From: a virus
IMG/VR virus record: IMGVR_UViG_3300035696_000012
Coordinates: 69,217-133,216 of that record
Strand: one strand, 5' to 3'
Length of the DNA: 64,000 nucleotides
The notes beneath the pieces are model-generated. The model had not been told where the DNA came from and did no database searches. It saw nothing but the letters and a program-made list of their open reading frames with translations. Shown piece after piece: positions 30,868-40,055 of the stretch. The translations under genes and the position numbers were made by a program. The first letter of the stretch is position 1. Each line of letters opens with the position of its first letter.

Positions 30868-33230
30868 TATTGTTGTCTCCCTGGGTACGCGCCAGCAACC
30901 GTTCCATTTATAATTTCTATAGTATTGGGTACTGATTTTGTATGAACTCCGAATCCTGGTGGTGCAGTTATCTCTAAAACTACTTTTTGTGGAGGGTGTT
31001 GTTTCATTTCTACCTGTGTCTTTAATGCCTCTTTGTTAGTTGTAGTAACTGCTGATGGTCTCTGTTGATTGGAGCCAACAGTAAATGCAGTTTTTAAGAT
31101 ACTATGCTTATCCTCTATTTCTTTTTGCATTCTTACACGTTGAGCTGCCAACTCTGGATTACCAGCTGCTTCTGATATAGTAGGCATTCTAGTTGAATTT
31201 ATAGCCGGACCTTTATATGCAGCCGTAATTGTTTCAGTTGGAATCCTTAATATATTTTCTGATGCCTTATCTGGTTGTCTTAATGTTCGTCTTGCTGGTG
31301 GAGTTATGGTATTATCCATTACTTTTTGTTCAGGAGTTTCTGATACCATTCCTAATGCACTTTTAAAATCATGTATCGTATCAGTTATACCGCTAGCCAA
31401 TTCTTTAAAACCCTCTTCTGATCCTTTACCTGTACCAACAACAGCGTCAATCATTTGTGACATCATCTGTCTTGCTGATAGAACTTCTTCTTTCTGGTAG
31501 GCTTCTTTATTTGTCGCAGTTTTTTCACCTTTGGTATAAATCTCCCCAAATGCTTCGTTTTTTTTCATTGTTTCGGTTATAGCAGCTTTATTGCCTCCTG
31601 TGGTGCCATATAATTGTTTCATTGTAAGACCGGCTGTAATTTCACCTGCTATTGCCATTCGTTGTGTTTGAATAGCAATTTGTTTTAATTCAGTATTATT
31701 TCTTTCTTGAATTTTTTCACCCCGTGTTGCAACCTCATTTACTGCACTTTGACCAGTTTTTAATTCTTTGGTAACGGCTCCGAAATCTCTTTTGCCCAAT
31801 GCCTCTAATAATCTGGTTGCTTGTTCAGGCGAAGTACCTTGACCAATTCCAAATGCTCCGCTTTGTAAAAGAGAGCGTTGTCTCATAAATTGAGCAGCTG
31901 CTTGTGGGCTTTCTGCAGCCTCTTGTTGCGTGTATATTTTACCACCAAATTGTTGCCGTAAGCTTCTTTCTGCCATTTGAGCAACCTGATCTAATTTACC
32001 CTGACGTAATAACTGATCGATCTGAAACGAACCTTGTAATCCACCTGGACCACCAGATCGTAATGATAGAAATGCTTTAGCTCCGACTGTCATTTCACTT
32101 ATTGATTTAACCATACCATCAACAATATCCATCGAAGCTTTACCAGTTAATCCTGTTTCTCGTAATGCGTCAGTGTATCTTGCAAGAACTTTTGCTGCAC
32201 CATCAGAATTATCTCCAACAAATTTAAATCTTTCAGCAATACCACTCATAACTTGATCTACATCTTTAAATTGTAAACCTAATGTATTAGCAACACTAGA
32301 TATATCTGCTAAAAACTCAGCTCCCTTTTGTGCTTGATCTGTTACTCGTCCAACTGAATTTCCTAGATTATCATAAGCATCAGCTAATGCTTTTGTAACA
32401 ACCGTTTCATTTTGACCTGTACCAGTCATTAATTTCATTGTATTAAGTAATACATTTGTTGATCTGTTCGCTCCATCACCAGCAACAATTGTTTGATCTA
32501 AGAACCCAGGAAGTTGTTTTAATGCATTAGAGAGCTGCATTGTTACCGGAATACCCAATCCTGTTGCACTTGCAATAGCACCTAATTGATTTGTATAGTT
32601 TTTTGTTTTCGCCGCTAAATCAACTAATCTGTCGTCCGTACCTTCAAATAAATCATTCATACTTCCGCTAGCAGACATCAATGATATATATGAATTTTCT
32701 AAAACCTCTGCTTGCCCTGAATTGGTAATAAAATTATTTCCTAATCCTTCAATTATTTTAGCAGTACGCTGCACACCAAAATCACCAAGTATTTGTGTTA
32801 AATTAGAAATATCACCAGACAACACGTTTATTGCAGCGCCACCTTTATCTGTTCCTTCGAACATCTTATCCCATTTCATAACAGCGCCCATTTTAGAAAA
32901 ATCTACTAGTAATTTATCTACGCTTTTTGATACACTACCAATAGAATTGGTACCAGTCATACCAACATCACTTAAACTATCACCAAAATTTTTGGCATGA
33001 TCAATTAATTTTGAAAAACCATCTTTAAGTCCGCCAGTAATTTTATGAAATTCTTGAACCGCATTGCTTGCATCCCCACCTAAAGAATTTATTATAGCCT
33101 TACCTAGCTCAGGCATTTTTACAATAAGATTTTCTATGTTAGAAAGCATTCCACCAGATGAACCAGCAAAACTATCTAATGTTGTTTGAGCTGCTGTTAC
33201 GCTAGTATCAGTTGGTATTGTGTTAGCCAT
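30867..33230 (-). CDS. Tape measure protein
   Basis: 787 aa, Ala/Gly/Leu-rich helical sequence directly downstream of tube and chaperone genes. Confidence 0.75.
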   Translation of the reverse strand: MANTIPTDTSVTAAQTTLDSFAGSSGGMLSNIENLIVKMPELGKAIINSLGGDASNAVQEFHKITGGLKDGFSKLIDHAKNFGDSLSDVGMTGTNSIGSVSKSVDKLLVDFSKMGAVMKWDKMFEGTDKGGAAINVLSGDISNLTQILGDFGVQRTAKIIEGLGNNFITNSGQAEVLENSYISLMSASGSMNDLFEGTDDRLVDLAAKTKNYTNQLGAIASATGLGIPVTMQLSNALKQLPGFLDQTIVAGDGANRSTNVLLNTMKLMTGTGQNETVVTKALADAYDNLGNSVGRVTDQAQKGAEFLADISSVANTLGLQFKDVDQVMSGIAERFKFVGDNSDGAAKVLARYTDALRETGLTGKASMDIVDGMVKSISEMTVGAKAFLSLRSGGPGGLQGSFQIDQLLRQGKLDQVAQMAERSLRQQFGGKIYTQQEAAESPQAAAQFMRQRSLLQSGAFGIGQGTSPEQATRLLEALGKRDFGAVTKELKTGQSAVNEVATRGEKIQERNNTELKQIAIQTQRMAIAGEITAGLTMKQLYGTTGGNKAAITETMKKNEAFGEIYTKGEKTATNKEAYQKEEVLSARQMMSQMIDAVVGTGKGSEEGFKELASGITDTIHDFKSALGMVSETPEQKVMDNTITPPARRTLRQPDKASENILRIPTETITAAYKGPAINSTRMPTISEAAGNPELAAQRVRMQKEIEDKHSILKTAFTVGSNQQRPSAVTTTNKEALKTQVEMKQHPPQKVVLEITAPPGFGVHTKSVPNTIEIINGTVAGAYPGRQQ

Positions 33231-33237
33231 CTAAAAA

Positions 33238-33600
33238 TTATCCTTGTATTTTTCTTTTACGTTTCCTGGTTTTTTTGCTATTTTCCTTATCGATTTTTTT
33301 ATTCATCTCCATAATTCTTCTTGATGTTTCTTCGAACTCTTCATCGCTGGATGAATGTTCATTTGATCCTATTCCTAGCATTTTCTGAACCAATTCTGGA
33401 TTAGTAAATAACCCAATTAAATATCCTTGATTTTCAAGTAATTTATTTTCATCATTATAATCTTCTATCCAATTATAAAACATCCAAGCTTTCATAATTG
33501 GATCCATGTTTTCTAGTTCAGGATCATTCGGGAAACAGCCACGCATTTTACATAAAAACCAAAGAAATCTATGGTCTGATTCCCTGACTATTTTTTTAAA
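33238..33600 (-). CDS. Tail assembly chaperone, frameshift extension (gpT-like part of a G-T fusion)
   Basis: The -1 frame is open from 33600: FKKIVRESDHRFLWFLCKMRGCFPNDPELENMDPIMKAWMFYNW..., continuous with track ORF 33238..33546. Confidence 0.75.
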   Translation of the reverse strand, partial: FKKIVRESDHRFLWFLCKMRGCFPNDPELENMDPIMKAWMFYNWIEDYNDENKLLENQGYLIGLFTNPELVQKMLGIGSNEHSSSDEEFEETSRRIMEMNKKIDKENSKKTRKRKRKIQG

Positions 33601-34235
33601 TCCGCTGATACCTCCTCAACTGCTTTTGGTGTTGTCATTCCATATTTGGTTCGAGCTTCCTCTTTCATTGCAGCAAGTTCATCCCATAATCGTCCAACTA
33701 TAATCTCTTCCAGTGAATCTATCAGCGCAAGTTTTGATTCATTTGTATCATCTCCAAGAACCATATTTATATCTTCTCCATCTATTTTGTAAATGGATCT
33801 GATTAATTGTTGCTTTCTTGATTCTAATGCGGCTTCGTAATCATTTTTCACATTTTCTAATGTAGCCATACCAGCTTCACGGAACTCTTGTGATTTTAAT
33901 GTTCGCAAAGAAAATACTGTATCACCAATTTGCACATCACGCGTTAGTCTCCCTATACCTGATAGTAACTCTATTCTGCGTTTGCCGTGTTCAGTAATTC
34001 TCGTTCCATGTTTTAAAACTTCATTTTTTTCTTCACGAGCAGCTTTCATTCTTGCTTCTAGCTCTGCTGGTGAAACTTTTTGTTGTGCAGCTTGCTGCCT
34101 AAGAATAACTGGATTTACAATCTCGTCTTCACCATCTTCTGGTAGTCCAACATTGAATTCACGTAATGGCTGTTGTGTTTGTGGTTTTGGTTGAGTTGAT
34201 TTTTTGTTAAAATTTGGTGAATTAAAATCTGGCAT
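33588..34235 (-). CDS. Tail assembly chaperone (gpG-like)
   Basis: 215 aa acidic/helical ORF between tube and tape measure genes, ending in a slippery sequence; SD AGGAG. Confidence 0.75.
   Translation of the reverse strand: MPDFNSPNFNKKSTQPKPQTQQPLREFNVGLPEDGEDEIVNPVILRQQAAQQKVSPAELEARMKAAREEKNEVLKHGTRITEHGKRRIELLSGIGRLTRDVQIGDTVFSLRTLKSQEFREAGMATLENVKNDYEAALESRKQQLIRSIYKIDGEDINMVLGDDTNESKLALIDSLEEIIVGRLWDELAAMKEEARTKYGMTTPKAVEEVSADLKK
33591..33600 (-). other. -1 programmed ribosomal frameshift site (T TTA AAA / A AAA AAA)
   Basis: Minus strand GAT TTA AAA AAA TAG holds two overlapping X XXY YYZ heptamers immediately before the chaperone stop; a -1 shift enters the downstream ORF in frame. 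Confidence 0.8.
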
Positions 34236-34293
34236 AATAGCTTTCTCCTGTTAATATGTGGTTTTATTAGAATACGGAATATTAAAACACAAA

Positions 34294-34320
34294 TCCCGCA
34301 ATATATAATATATCGCGGGA
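34294..34320 (-). terminator. Probable intrinsic terminator after the tail tube gene
   Basis: Minus strand tcccgc-gatatattatatatt-gcggga: a 6 bp GC stem extended by an AT stem, followed by tttgtgtttt; about 20 nt after the tube stop. Confidence 0.55.
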
Positions 34321-34339
34321 AAATTATGTTTTAGTTTTA

Positions 34340-34966
34340 TTAGACGTTTGAAAAATAATCAGTAATTAAACCTGGCGCATCCATTGAACCTAGACGCTGA
34401 CCTGAATCAGCAGCTTGTTCAATTGAATTAATTTGCAGTATGCTTGAACCAAATAAACCACCTGTTGCAGCAATACCGCCATTGAGTGTTGAATAAATAC
34501 CTTCTGCTTCAAATTGCATTGTTTCAGTTATAATCCAATTATCTGAGCGAAAATCAACGCTTATATTTTTTATCCACACATTTTTTATAGTTGTAACAAT
34601 GGCATTACTTCCATCTCCATTTGATATATCATAAACATCAATATCAAACGGAATACGTTGTGCATGGGCATGAATAAATCCACGTCGAAATGCCTCTGTT
34701 ATTCTAGCTCTATCGAATCTTATACGAGCACAAGTACCAGTTATATTTGTGCTTTTAGTTGGAGCTGAATCTATATGACCATCTGTTCCAACCTCATCAA
34801 TCATTGTAATTGTTCGATCTTCTTGATAGCTTATATTCTGAATAGCTCCAACAGCAACTGCACCAACACGTATAACTATATTCGTTGATAGCTGCGTTAA
34901 TGTAGCATCATATCCAGTAACTGGTTGCTCTGTTATGCTTCCCGTATTTGGTGCCAGATTCGTCAT
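34340..34966 (-). CDS. Tail tube protein
   Basis: 208 aa directly after the sheath; IRVGAVAVGAIQNISYQEDR...EVGTDG...IPFDIDV...TTIKNVWI...WIITETMQFEAE is typical of contractile-tail tubes; SD AGGAG. Confidence 0.85.
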   Translation of the reverse strand: MTNLAPNTGSITEQPVTGYDATLTQLSTNIVIRVGAVAVGAIQNISYQEDRTITMIDEVGTDGHIDSAPTKSTNITGTCARIRFDRARITEAFRRGFIHAHAQRIPFDIDVYDISNGDGSNAIVTTIKNVWIKNISVDFRSDNWIITETMQFEAEGIYSTLNGGIAATGGLFGSSILQINSIEQAADSGQRLGSMDAPGLITDYFSNV

Positions 34967-34980
34967 TCGTTATCTCCTAA

Positions 34981-37764
34981 TTATGCTATTATTCCAACGC
35001 TAACTGTTATATAAATCCAATCAATTGGATAGGTTGGTTGCACTTGAACCGTTATATCCCACTGACGAGGCTCAACACTATCACGTACAACAGTTGGCTC
35101 TGTATATTGCGTAATCAATCCTTGTGCTTGGAATCCTCGTAATAATGCAATTGCTCGTGTAAGCAGTGTTGCTTGTGTATCTGAATTTTCTGGAGTACCT
35201 ATGTATTCCTTGAATCCACTTCTCATTGCTTTTGCAAGACGATCTCTAATGAATACAATTGAAATTTCTTGTTCTTCTGGTGCTCCACTTTGTGAGGTTG
35301 TTATACCCCATAGAACTGTACCTCCACCAGCAACTGGTTGCAGTGGAGCTACTCCGGCATCAGTTAAGCTAGATAGTACTGTAGAGCTAACCATTCTATT
35401 TGATTGGATAGTAAATCCGCTTAGATTTTTGTTAGTTAATGGTTGAGCTATATTTGAGCTGCCTGATGTATACCCAGCTGCTGCTGCCGCAATATAGAAA
35501 CCATCAATAATTTGATTACTACCACCAACTTGAACAACAATCTGATCTGGCCAAAAATATACTGCCCTATATGTTTCACCATATGCAGAGGAAACTGAAT
35601 AATTTGCCAAATCTTCTGTATCACCAGCTAATACTTCTGCTACTGTATTACCTTGAATACCTTCAAGAACACCAAGATTTTCTACAGCTGCAAGTGTTGC
35701 ACCAGTCAAATTACTTGGAGTTAATCCGTTTATTGCTCCTATGAATAACACTCTTTCTTTTCTATTTAGAGGATTACTCATTGCAATACAATGATTTAAT
35801 GAGTTTTGGAAAATAGCAGAAATTGTTTGTAATGGGAGTGGAACTAATATGTCTAACTCTTGTGCTTCGAGTGTAGCAAGCGCTGTTTCCCAACCAGCAT
35901 CAAAGAACGTTGAATCCTGAATATCAACTATTGTTACTCTGAGTGAATTATTATTTGGAACAATATTATGATTTAGAACCAAATAATCACTTGTTTGTGA
36001 TGGATCAAGAACCTCATATTTTAAATTATGCTCACTAATAAATGTTTTAGATATTGATAGTGTGTTGGATCCAGAATTATATGATGTAATATCATATATA
36101 CCAATATTAGAGGCATCTGCTGATGCTGTTATTTGTAGCTTTAATCCAAGAGCTATAACATTGAATGGATTAAAATTAACTGAGATACTACTTAATGTAC
36201 CAGTTCCTGTGTTTGGAATCGCGATCAATGCCCCATCTGAGCCTACGCTTCCAGCAACCACTTCTCCAAAAATTGGATCAATTAATTGGAAAGTTGTAGT
36301 TGGATCATTAATAAAATCAGCAAATGGTGGAGTAGAGTTAGCTAATATTTCAAGTTTCCCACCAACAACTCCAACTATTGCGAATATTCCAACATTTGCA
36401 TTATTTACAGCATCAATTATTGAAAGCTCTTTTCCGATATAAGTTGAATCGAAAGTTATTGATGAACTAAATAATGCATTTATCTGTGTAGTTAGATCTC
36501 TATTAATATAGCCATCTTGACCAAAATTAAGAGTTGCAACAGTTTGTGTAACTGAATATGAATATGAGTTTCCTGCTGGTGGAAGAGCGTTATCAAATAC
36601 AAATTCAGATATAGTTGGCTGACCAGGATCGCCCAAAGTAAAGAACGTAAACTTATTAGCCAATAACTGTGTTTCAACACCAGTAGCGGGATTAGTTACG
36701 AAAATATCGATATTTGAGTTTGGATCTGGAGAAACCCCAAGAGGAAGCGGTACAATGAAATCATTTACATTTGTTGATGTAGCGGGGAAACTTGTTTCCA
36801 ATACATATGAAATACGTCGTGGAAGAGGAGGAGCTGCTTGTAGGCACATAATACCAGGAGGCGAATTAGCAAATGCTAATTGGCACCCAAGAGATAGTGT
36901 GTTTGTCAGACTTGGAAGACCATGTTTAGTATTTATTTGTTGTACTGATGTAAAAAATGTTGGACTATTTATATCACTTACCGCAATATATGTAGCAGTT
37001 AAACTGTCATTTTTAGTTAAGACACCGCTAGAAACTTGAACTGTAAAATAATCACCTGGTCTAAACGGTGATATTGTTGTTGGTCCATTCATAGTTTCTG
37101 ATATTGAAAACATCAAAATACTATTTGAAACAGTTTGATTATTTGCAATCCATACTGTTGGATTGCCATTTGCATCTAATACATTCCCTGATACAGACCC
37201 AAATGCAACGAATTGTGCTGTTCCAGCAATAGGTTGATTTAGGTTATTACGTTGTACAGAAACACATTTAATAGTCCATGTTTCATTTGGAGCATTTACA
37301 TCAACAAGAGATAGGTTTTGAATTGTCCCTACTCCAACATTGGATGCTCCAGCTAAATAAAATGTACCACCTTGATCTACTAAATGAGCTTGTTGAAGTT
37401 CAATTTGACCATTTGAAATATCTATTCTATAATCATATGTGAATGGAAATGGATTTTGATCTATTGACTGTTCTAATCCTTGAAGGAGACGACCATTCTT
37501 ATATAGCTGTTCCCTATTTGAAATAATAGGTGAATACTGAAGAAGAAAATGTCTTCCATCACTACCGTTTGTTGAAGTGTAATAACCATCTAATCCATCA
37601 TTCCCGCCACCTACAGCAGAAGCTACTATGATTTCTTGTCTGGCTCCCTCACCAATTATACAGGTAATTCGAGCACCACCAGGTACTGATGCGCCGGTAC
37701 TTTGTGTAATGACATTAGTAACTACGCCTGGAAGAATGTTATTTGCGCTTGGGATATTAGCCAT
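34981..37764 (-). CDS. Contractile tail sheath protein with insertion domains
   Basis: N-terminal PGVVTNVIT; C-terminal QEISIVFIRDRLAKAMR...YIG...ALLRGFQAQGLITQY...WDITVQVQPTYPIDWIYITVSV is a sheath C-terminal domain; 927 aa. Confidence 0.9.
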   Translation of the reverse strand: MANIPSANNILPGVVTNVITQSTGASVPGGARITCIIGEGARQEIIVASAVGGGNDGLDGYYTSTNGSDGRHFLLQYSPIISNREQLYKNGRLLQGLEQSIDQNPFPFTYDYRIDISNGQIELQQAHLVDQGGTFYLAGASNVGVGTIQNLSLVDVNAPNETWTIKCVSVQRNNLNQPIAGTAQFVAFGSVSGNVLDANGNPTVWIANNQTVSNSILMFSISETMNGPTTISPFRPGDYFTVQVSSGVLTKNDSLTATYIAVSDINSPTFFTSVQQINTKHGLPSLTNTLSLGCQLAFANSPPGIMCLQAAPPLPRRISYVLETSFPATSTNVNDFIVPLPLGVSPDPNSNIDIFVTNPATGVETQLLANKFTFFTLGDPGQPTISEFVFDNALPPAGNSYSYSVTQTVATLNFGQDGYINRDLTTQINALFSSSITFDSTYIGKELSIIDAVNNANVGIFAIVGVVGGKLEILANSTPPFADFINDPTTTFQLIDPIFGEVVAGSVGSDGALIAIPNTGTGTLSSISVNFNPFNVIALGLKLQITASADASNIGIYDITSYNSGSNTLSISKTFISEHNLKYEVLDPSQTSDYLVLNHNIVPNNNSLRVTIVDIQDSTFFDAGWETALATLEAQELDILVPLPLQTISAIFQNSLNHCIAMSNPLNRKERVLFIGAINGLTPSNLTGATLAAVENLGVLEGIQGNTVAEVLAGDTEDLANYSVSSAYGETYRAVYFWPDQIVVQVGGSNQIIDGFYIAAAAAGYTSGSSNIAQPLTNKNLSGFTIQSNRMVSSTVLSSLTDAGVAPLQPVAGGGTVLWGITTSQSGAPEEQEISIVFIRDRLAKAMRSGFKEYIGTPENSDTQATLLTRAIALLRGFQAQGLITQYTEPTVVRDSVEPRQWDITVQVQPTYPIDWIYITVSVGIIA

Positions 37765-37776
37765 TGAAGATTCCTT

Positions 37777-37785
37777 ATTATATCA
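37777..37785 (-). promoter_or_regulatory. Extended -10 promoter TGATATAAT upstream of the sheath gene
   Basis: Exact TGnTATAAT consensus in a 155-nt intergenic gap, 12 nt before ATG 37764. Confidence 0.5.
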
Positions 37786-37919
37786 GCACTGCTAAAATAA
37801 ATGTATTATTATTGCTATTAATCATATGCTATTATTCTTTATTATGCCGTGATCTTTTGGTTCCATGAACTATATTTGATGGAATAACGTGATGTATTTG
37901 AAAGCCTGAAAACTATCCA

Positions 37920-38711
37920 TTATAAATTTCCCATTATATCTACAATATTTTCTGATATATTAATTGTCAAATTTGGAGCCACTACACCAGGCGGTGATGG
38001 TAATCGTGTAAACTCTATACTTAAATTTATTATATCTATAACATTAGAAATAGGGATATGTCTATGCCATTCACTTCTGATTTGTAATGTAATTGTTTGC
38101 ACAAATAAATGATCATTACGATCATCACGTTCTGTTGGACCGCCTGAAGAAACACCTTTAATAACTAATCCAGATTTATATAGATCGTTAAATGCAATAT
38201 CTACAAATAATAATGATATTAAATCTACCAAATCATCTCTTGCTCTTAAATCTCTAGTCATTACATCTATATTAATAGATCCTTCCCAAGCACCGGCAAA
38301 TGAAAAAAATTGTGGAACAGGAAAAGTTTTAACATTACCATATCCATCTTCGAATACTAAATTACCATATTTTACTACGCCAGTTTCTCTATTCATAGAA
38401 ACCGGAACGGACGTCGAACCACCATGCCTAACAATAATTGCAGGATAGTATATTACATCAAAACGATATGACTCTCCAATGAAAACCCTAGTGGTAATGT
38501 TATCAGTATAACCGACATCTTGTGGCAAATTAGTATGATCTGGAGTTTGAGGATATCCCCATAAATCATGAGAATAATGATAGTAATCATCTCTGCTAAA
38601 AAAATCACGAAGAGTTGCAATAACTAGTTCCTTTGGGTATAATGTCATAGAGTTCTGAAATACATTATATAGAACATCTAATGATGAACGATAGAAATTA
38701 TTAGTTGCCAT
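37920..38711 (-). CDS. Tail terminator / tail completion protein
   Basis: 263 aa immediately upstream of the sheath; YPAIIVR...WEGSINIDVMTRDLRARDDLVDLISL...LFVQTITLQIRSEW fits a tail-terminator fold. Confidence 0.65.
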   Translation of the reverse strand: MATNNFYRSSLDVLYNVFQNSMTLYPKELVIATLRDFFSRDDYYHYSHDLWGYPQTPDHTNLPQDVGYTDNITTRVFIGESYRFDVIYYPAIIVRHGGSTSVPVSMNRETGVVKYGNLVFEDGYGNVKTFPVPQFFSFAGAWEGSINIDVMTRDLRARDDLVDLISLLFVDIAFNDLYKSGLVIKGVSSGGPTERDDRNDHLFVQTITLQIRSEWHRHIPISNVIDIINLSIEFTRLPSPPGVVAPNLTINISENIVDIMGNL

Positions 38712-38713
38712 CT

Positions 38714-38956
38714 TTAGTGATACCCATCTTTTATTGCATCAATTATATTATTTATTAATGATGCACTATACCCATCTTGTATATCATTAATTATAGTAAT
38801 CAAATCTGCTATACTAATTTGCTTTTCAATATAATGTTTTCCATTACACGTTTTACAAGCAATTTGTATATTTCTTTTTCCAAATTTTTGATATACTGGC
38901 GGTTGTCCGAGACAAACAATACATACAGTTTTTAAATTAATCATCCAATTTGACAT
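38714..38956 (-). CDS. Small zinc-finger protein (CxxCxG...CxxCxG)
   Basis: 80 aa; CIVCLG and CKTCNG; GGTGG upstream of the ATG; contains two DGY. Confidence 0.6.
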   Translation of the reverse strand: MSNWMINLKTVCIVCLGQPPVYQKFGKRNIQIACKTCNGKHYIEKQISIADLITIINDIQDGYSASLINNIIDAIKDGYH

Positions 38957-38960
38957 TTGA

Positions 38961-40055
38961 TTACCACCTATATTTTATTCTAATTGGTGAAAAAAGTATA
39001 CCAGCCAATACAATACCTGTAAATAATTGATATTTATACACTACTGATAGTGTAATTGATGACTGTAATGTATTGAAATAATATTCTAAATTATTTTGTA
39101 TTCCTGAATCAATAGTTAAATAATAAGTTCCCGACTGAATGCTTGACTCCGATCCTGAATCAGATACTACCAACTCTACCGATTCATAATCAGCTTCACC
39201 AAGATTACCATAAAATTGTGATGCTGCATCCAACATGGCGTTATAATCTATAATACCAGCTGTTACAGCCAATTCAAATGATGTTCCTGTATAATCAAAA
39301 GTATGACCAGCTGATGCAGAATAAATACCTTGTTTTACTTCCAATATCTGAGTATTTAACGGCACAATTTTCGTCATATCAAAAACTCTAGCATAACTGG
39401 TAGGCGTTGTATCTTGTAACACAGCACTTGCATATATAGGATTACCATCCAACCCACCACCAGCAGTACTAAATATTTCACTAGGAGGAACCTCATTAAC
39501 ATTACCGTTATAATTAATTCCGTCTCCTAATGCACCTTCTCCTTGAAATTGTTTTTCACCAACTAATACCGGTACAAAAGCATATCCAGTTTGATTTTTA
39601 TTATTACAATAAGTGGATCCAACAGTTAGCCCAGTTGGATTATAATAAGGTTGAGGAGGAGAATTTAGATATATTCCTTTGACAAGATTTTCATCCGTAC
39701 CATCAACTGTATATCCATCAAAGACATTATCTGTAATGATTTGATCATCAGTAGAATTATTAACTATATAAGCATATATGCTTGTGGATCCTCTATTGAA
39801 TATATTATTTTTTACAATACTAGAATTAGCACCAATAACTAAATGACTGCTTGAACTACCAAGTACAATTTGTCCTGGGGCAGCCATACCTGAAAAATAA
39901 TTATTTGTAACAATTGTATCGGAAGTTGTTCCAACGCAATTATAATATGAATAAGTTATTGGCGTACTCGAGGGATTACCATCAGGTGTATACGTACCAT
40001 AATCGAACGAATTACCATCTATAATTATATTATATATAGGGGTGCTAAAAACCAT
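38961..40055 (-). CDS. Beta-helix/tailspike-like protein, C-terminal type
   Basis: 364 aa with repeats IIIDGNSF / IVTNNYF / IVKNNIF / IITDNVF typical of parallel beta-helices; coupled to the upstream gene by TAATG. Confidence 0.5.
   Translation of the reverse strand: MVFSTPIYNIIIDGNSFDYGTYTPDGNPSSTPITYSYYNCVGTTSDTIVTNNYFSGMAAPGQIVLGSSSSHLVIGANSSIVKNNIFNRGSTSIYAYIVNNSTDDQIITDNVFDGYTVDGTDENLVKGIYLNSPPQPYYNPTGLTVGSTYCNNKNQTGYAFVPVLVGEKQFQGEGALGDGINYNGNVNEVPPSEIFSTAGGGLDGNPIYASAVLQDTTPTSYARVFDMTKIVPLNTQILEVKQGIYSASAGHTFDYTGTSFELAVTAGIIDYNAMLDAASQFYGNLGEADYESVELVVSDSGSESSIQSGTYYLTIDSGIQNNLEYYFNTLQSSITLSVVYKYQLFTGIVLAGILFSPIRIKYRW

Noticed and set aside
37870-37920. 16-codon ORF (MDSFQAFKYITLFHQI) coupled by TAATG to the tail terminator stop, with possible TAG read-through
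   Set aside because: Very short, no motif, and it lies in the AT-rich sheath promoter region; probably incidental.
14567-38711. Interpretation as an eCIS/tailocin or T6SS locus
   Set aside because: The same cluster includes head-tail adaptor, head closure, capsid-decoration-like genes, a G/GT-type chaperone frameshift, holin-like genes and homing endonucleases. These indicate a tailed phage genome, not a headless injection system.
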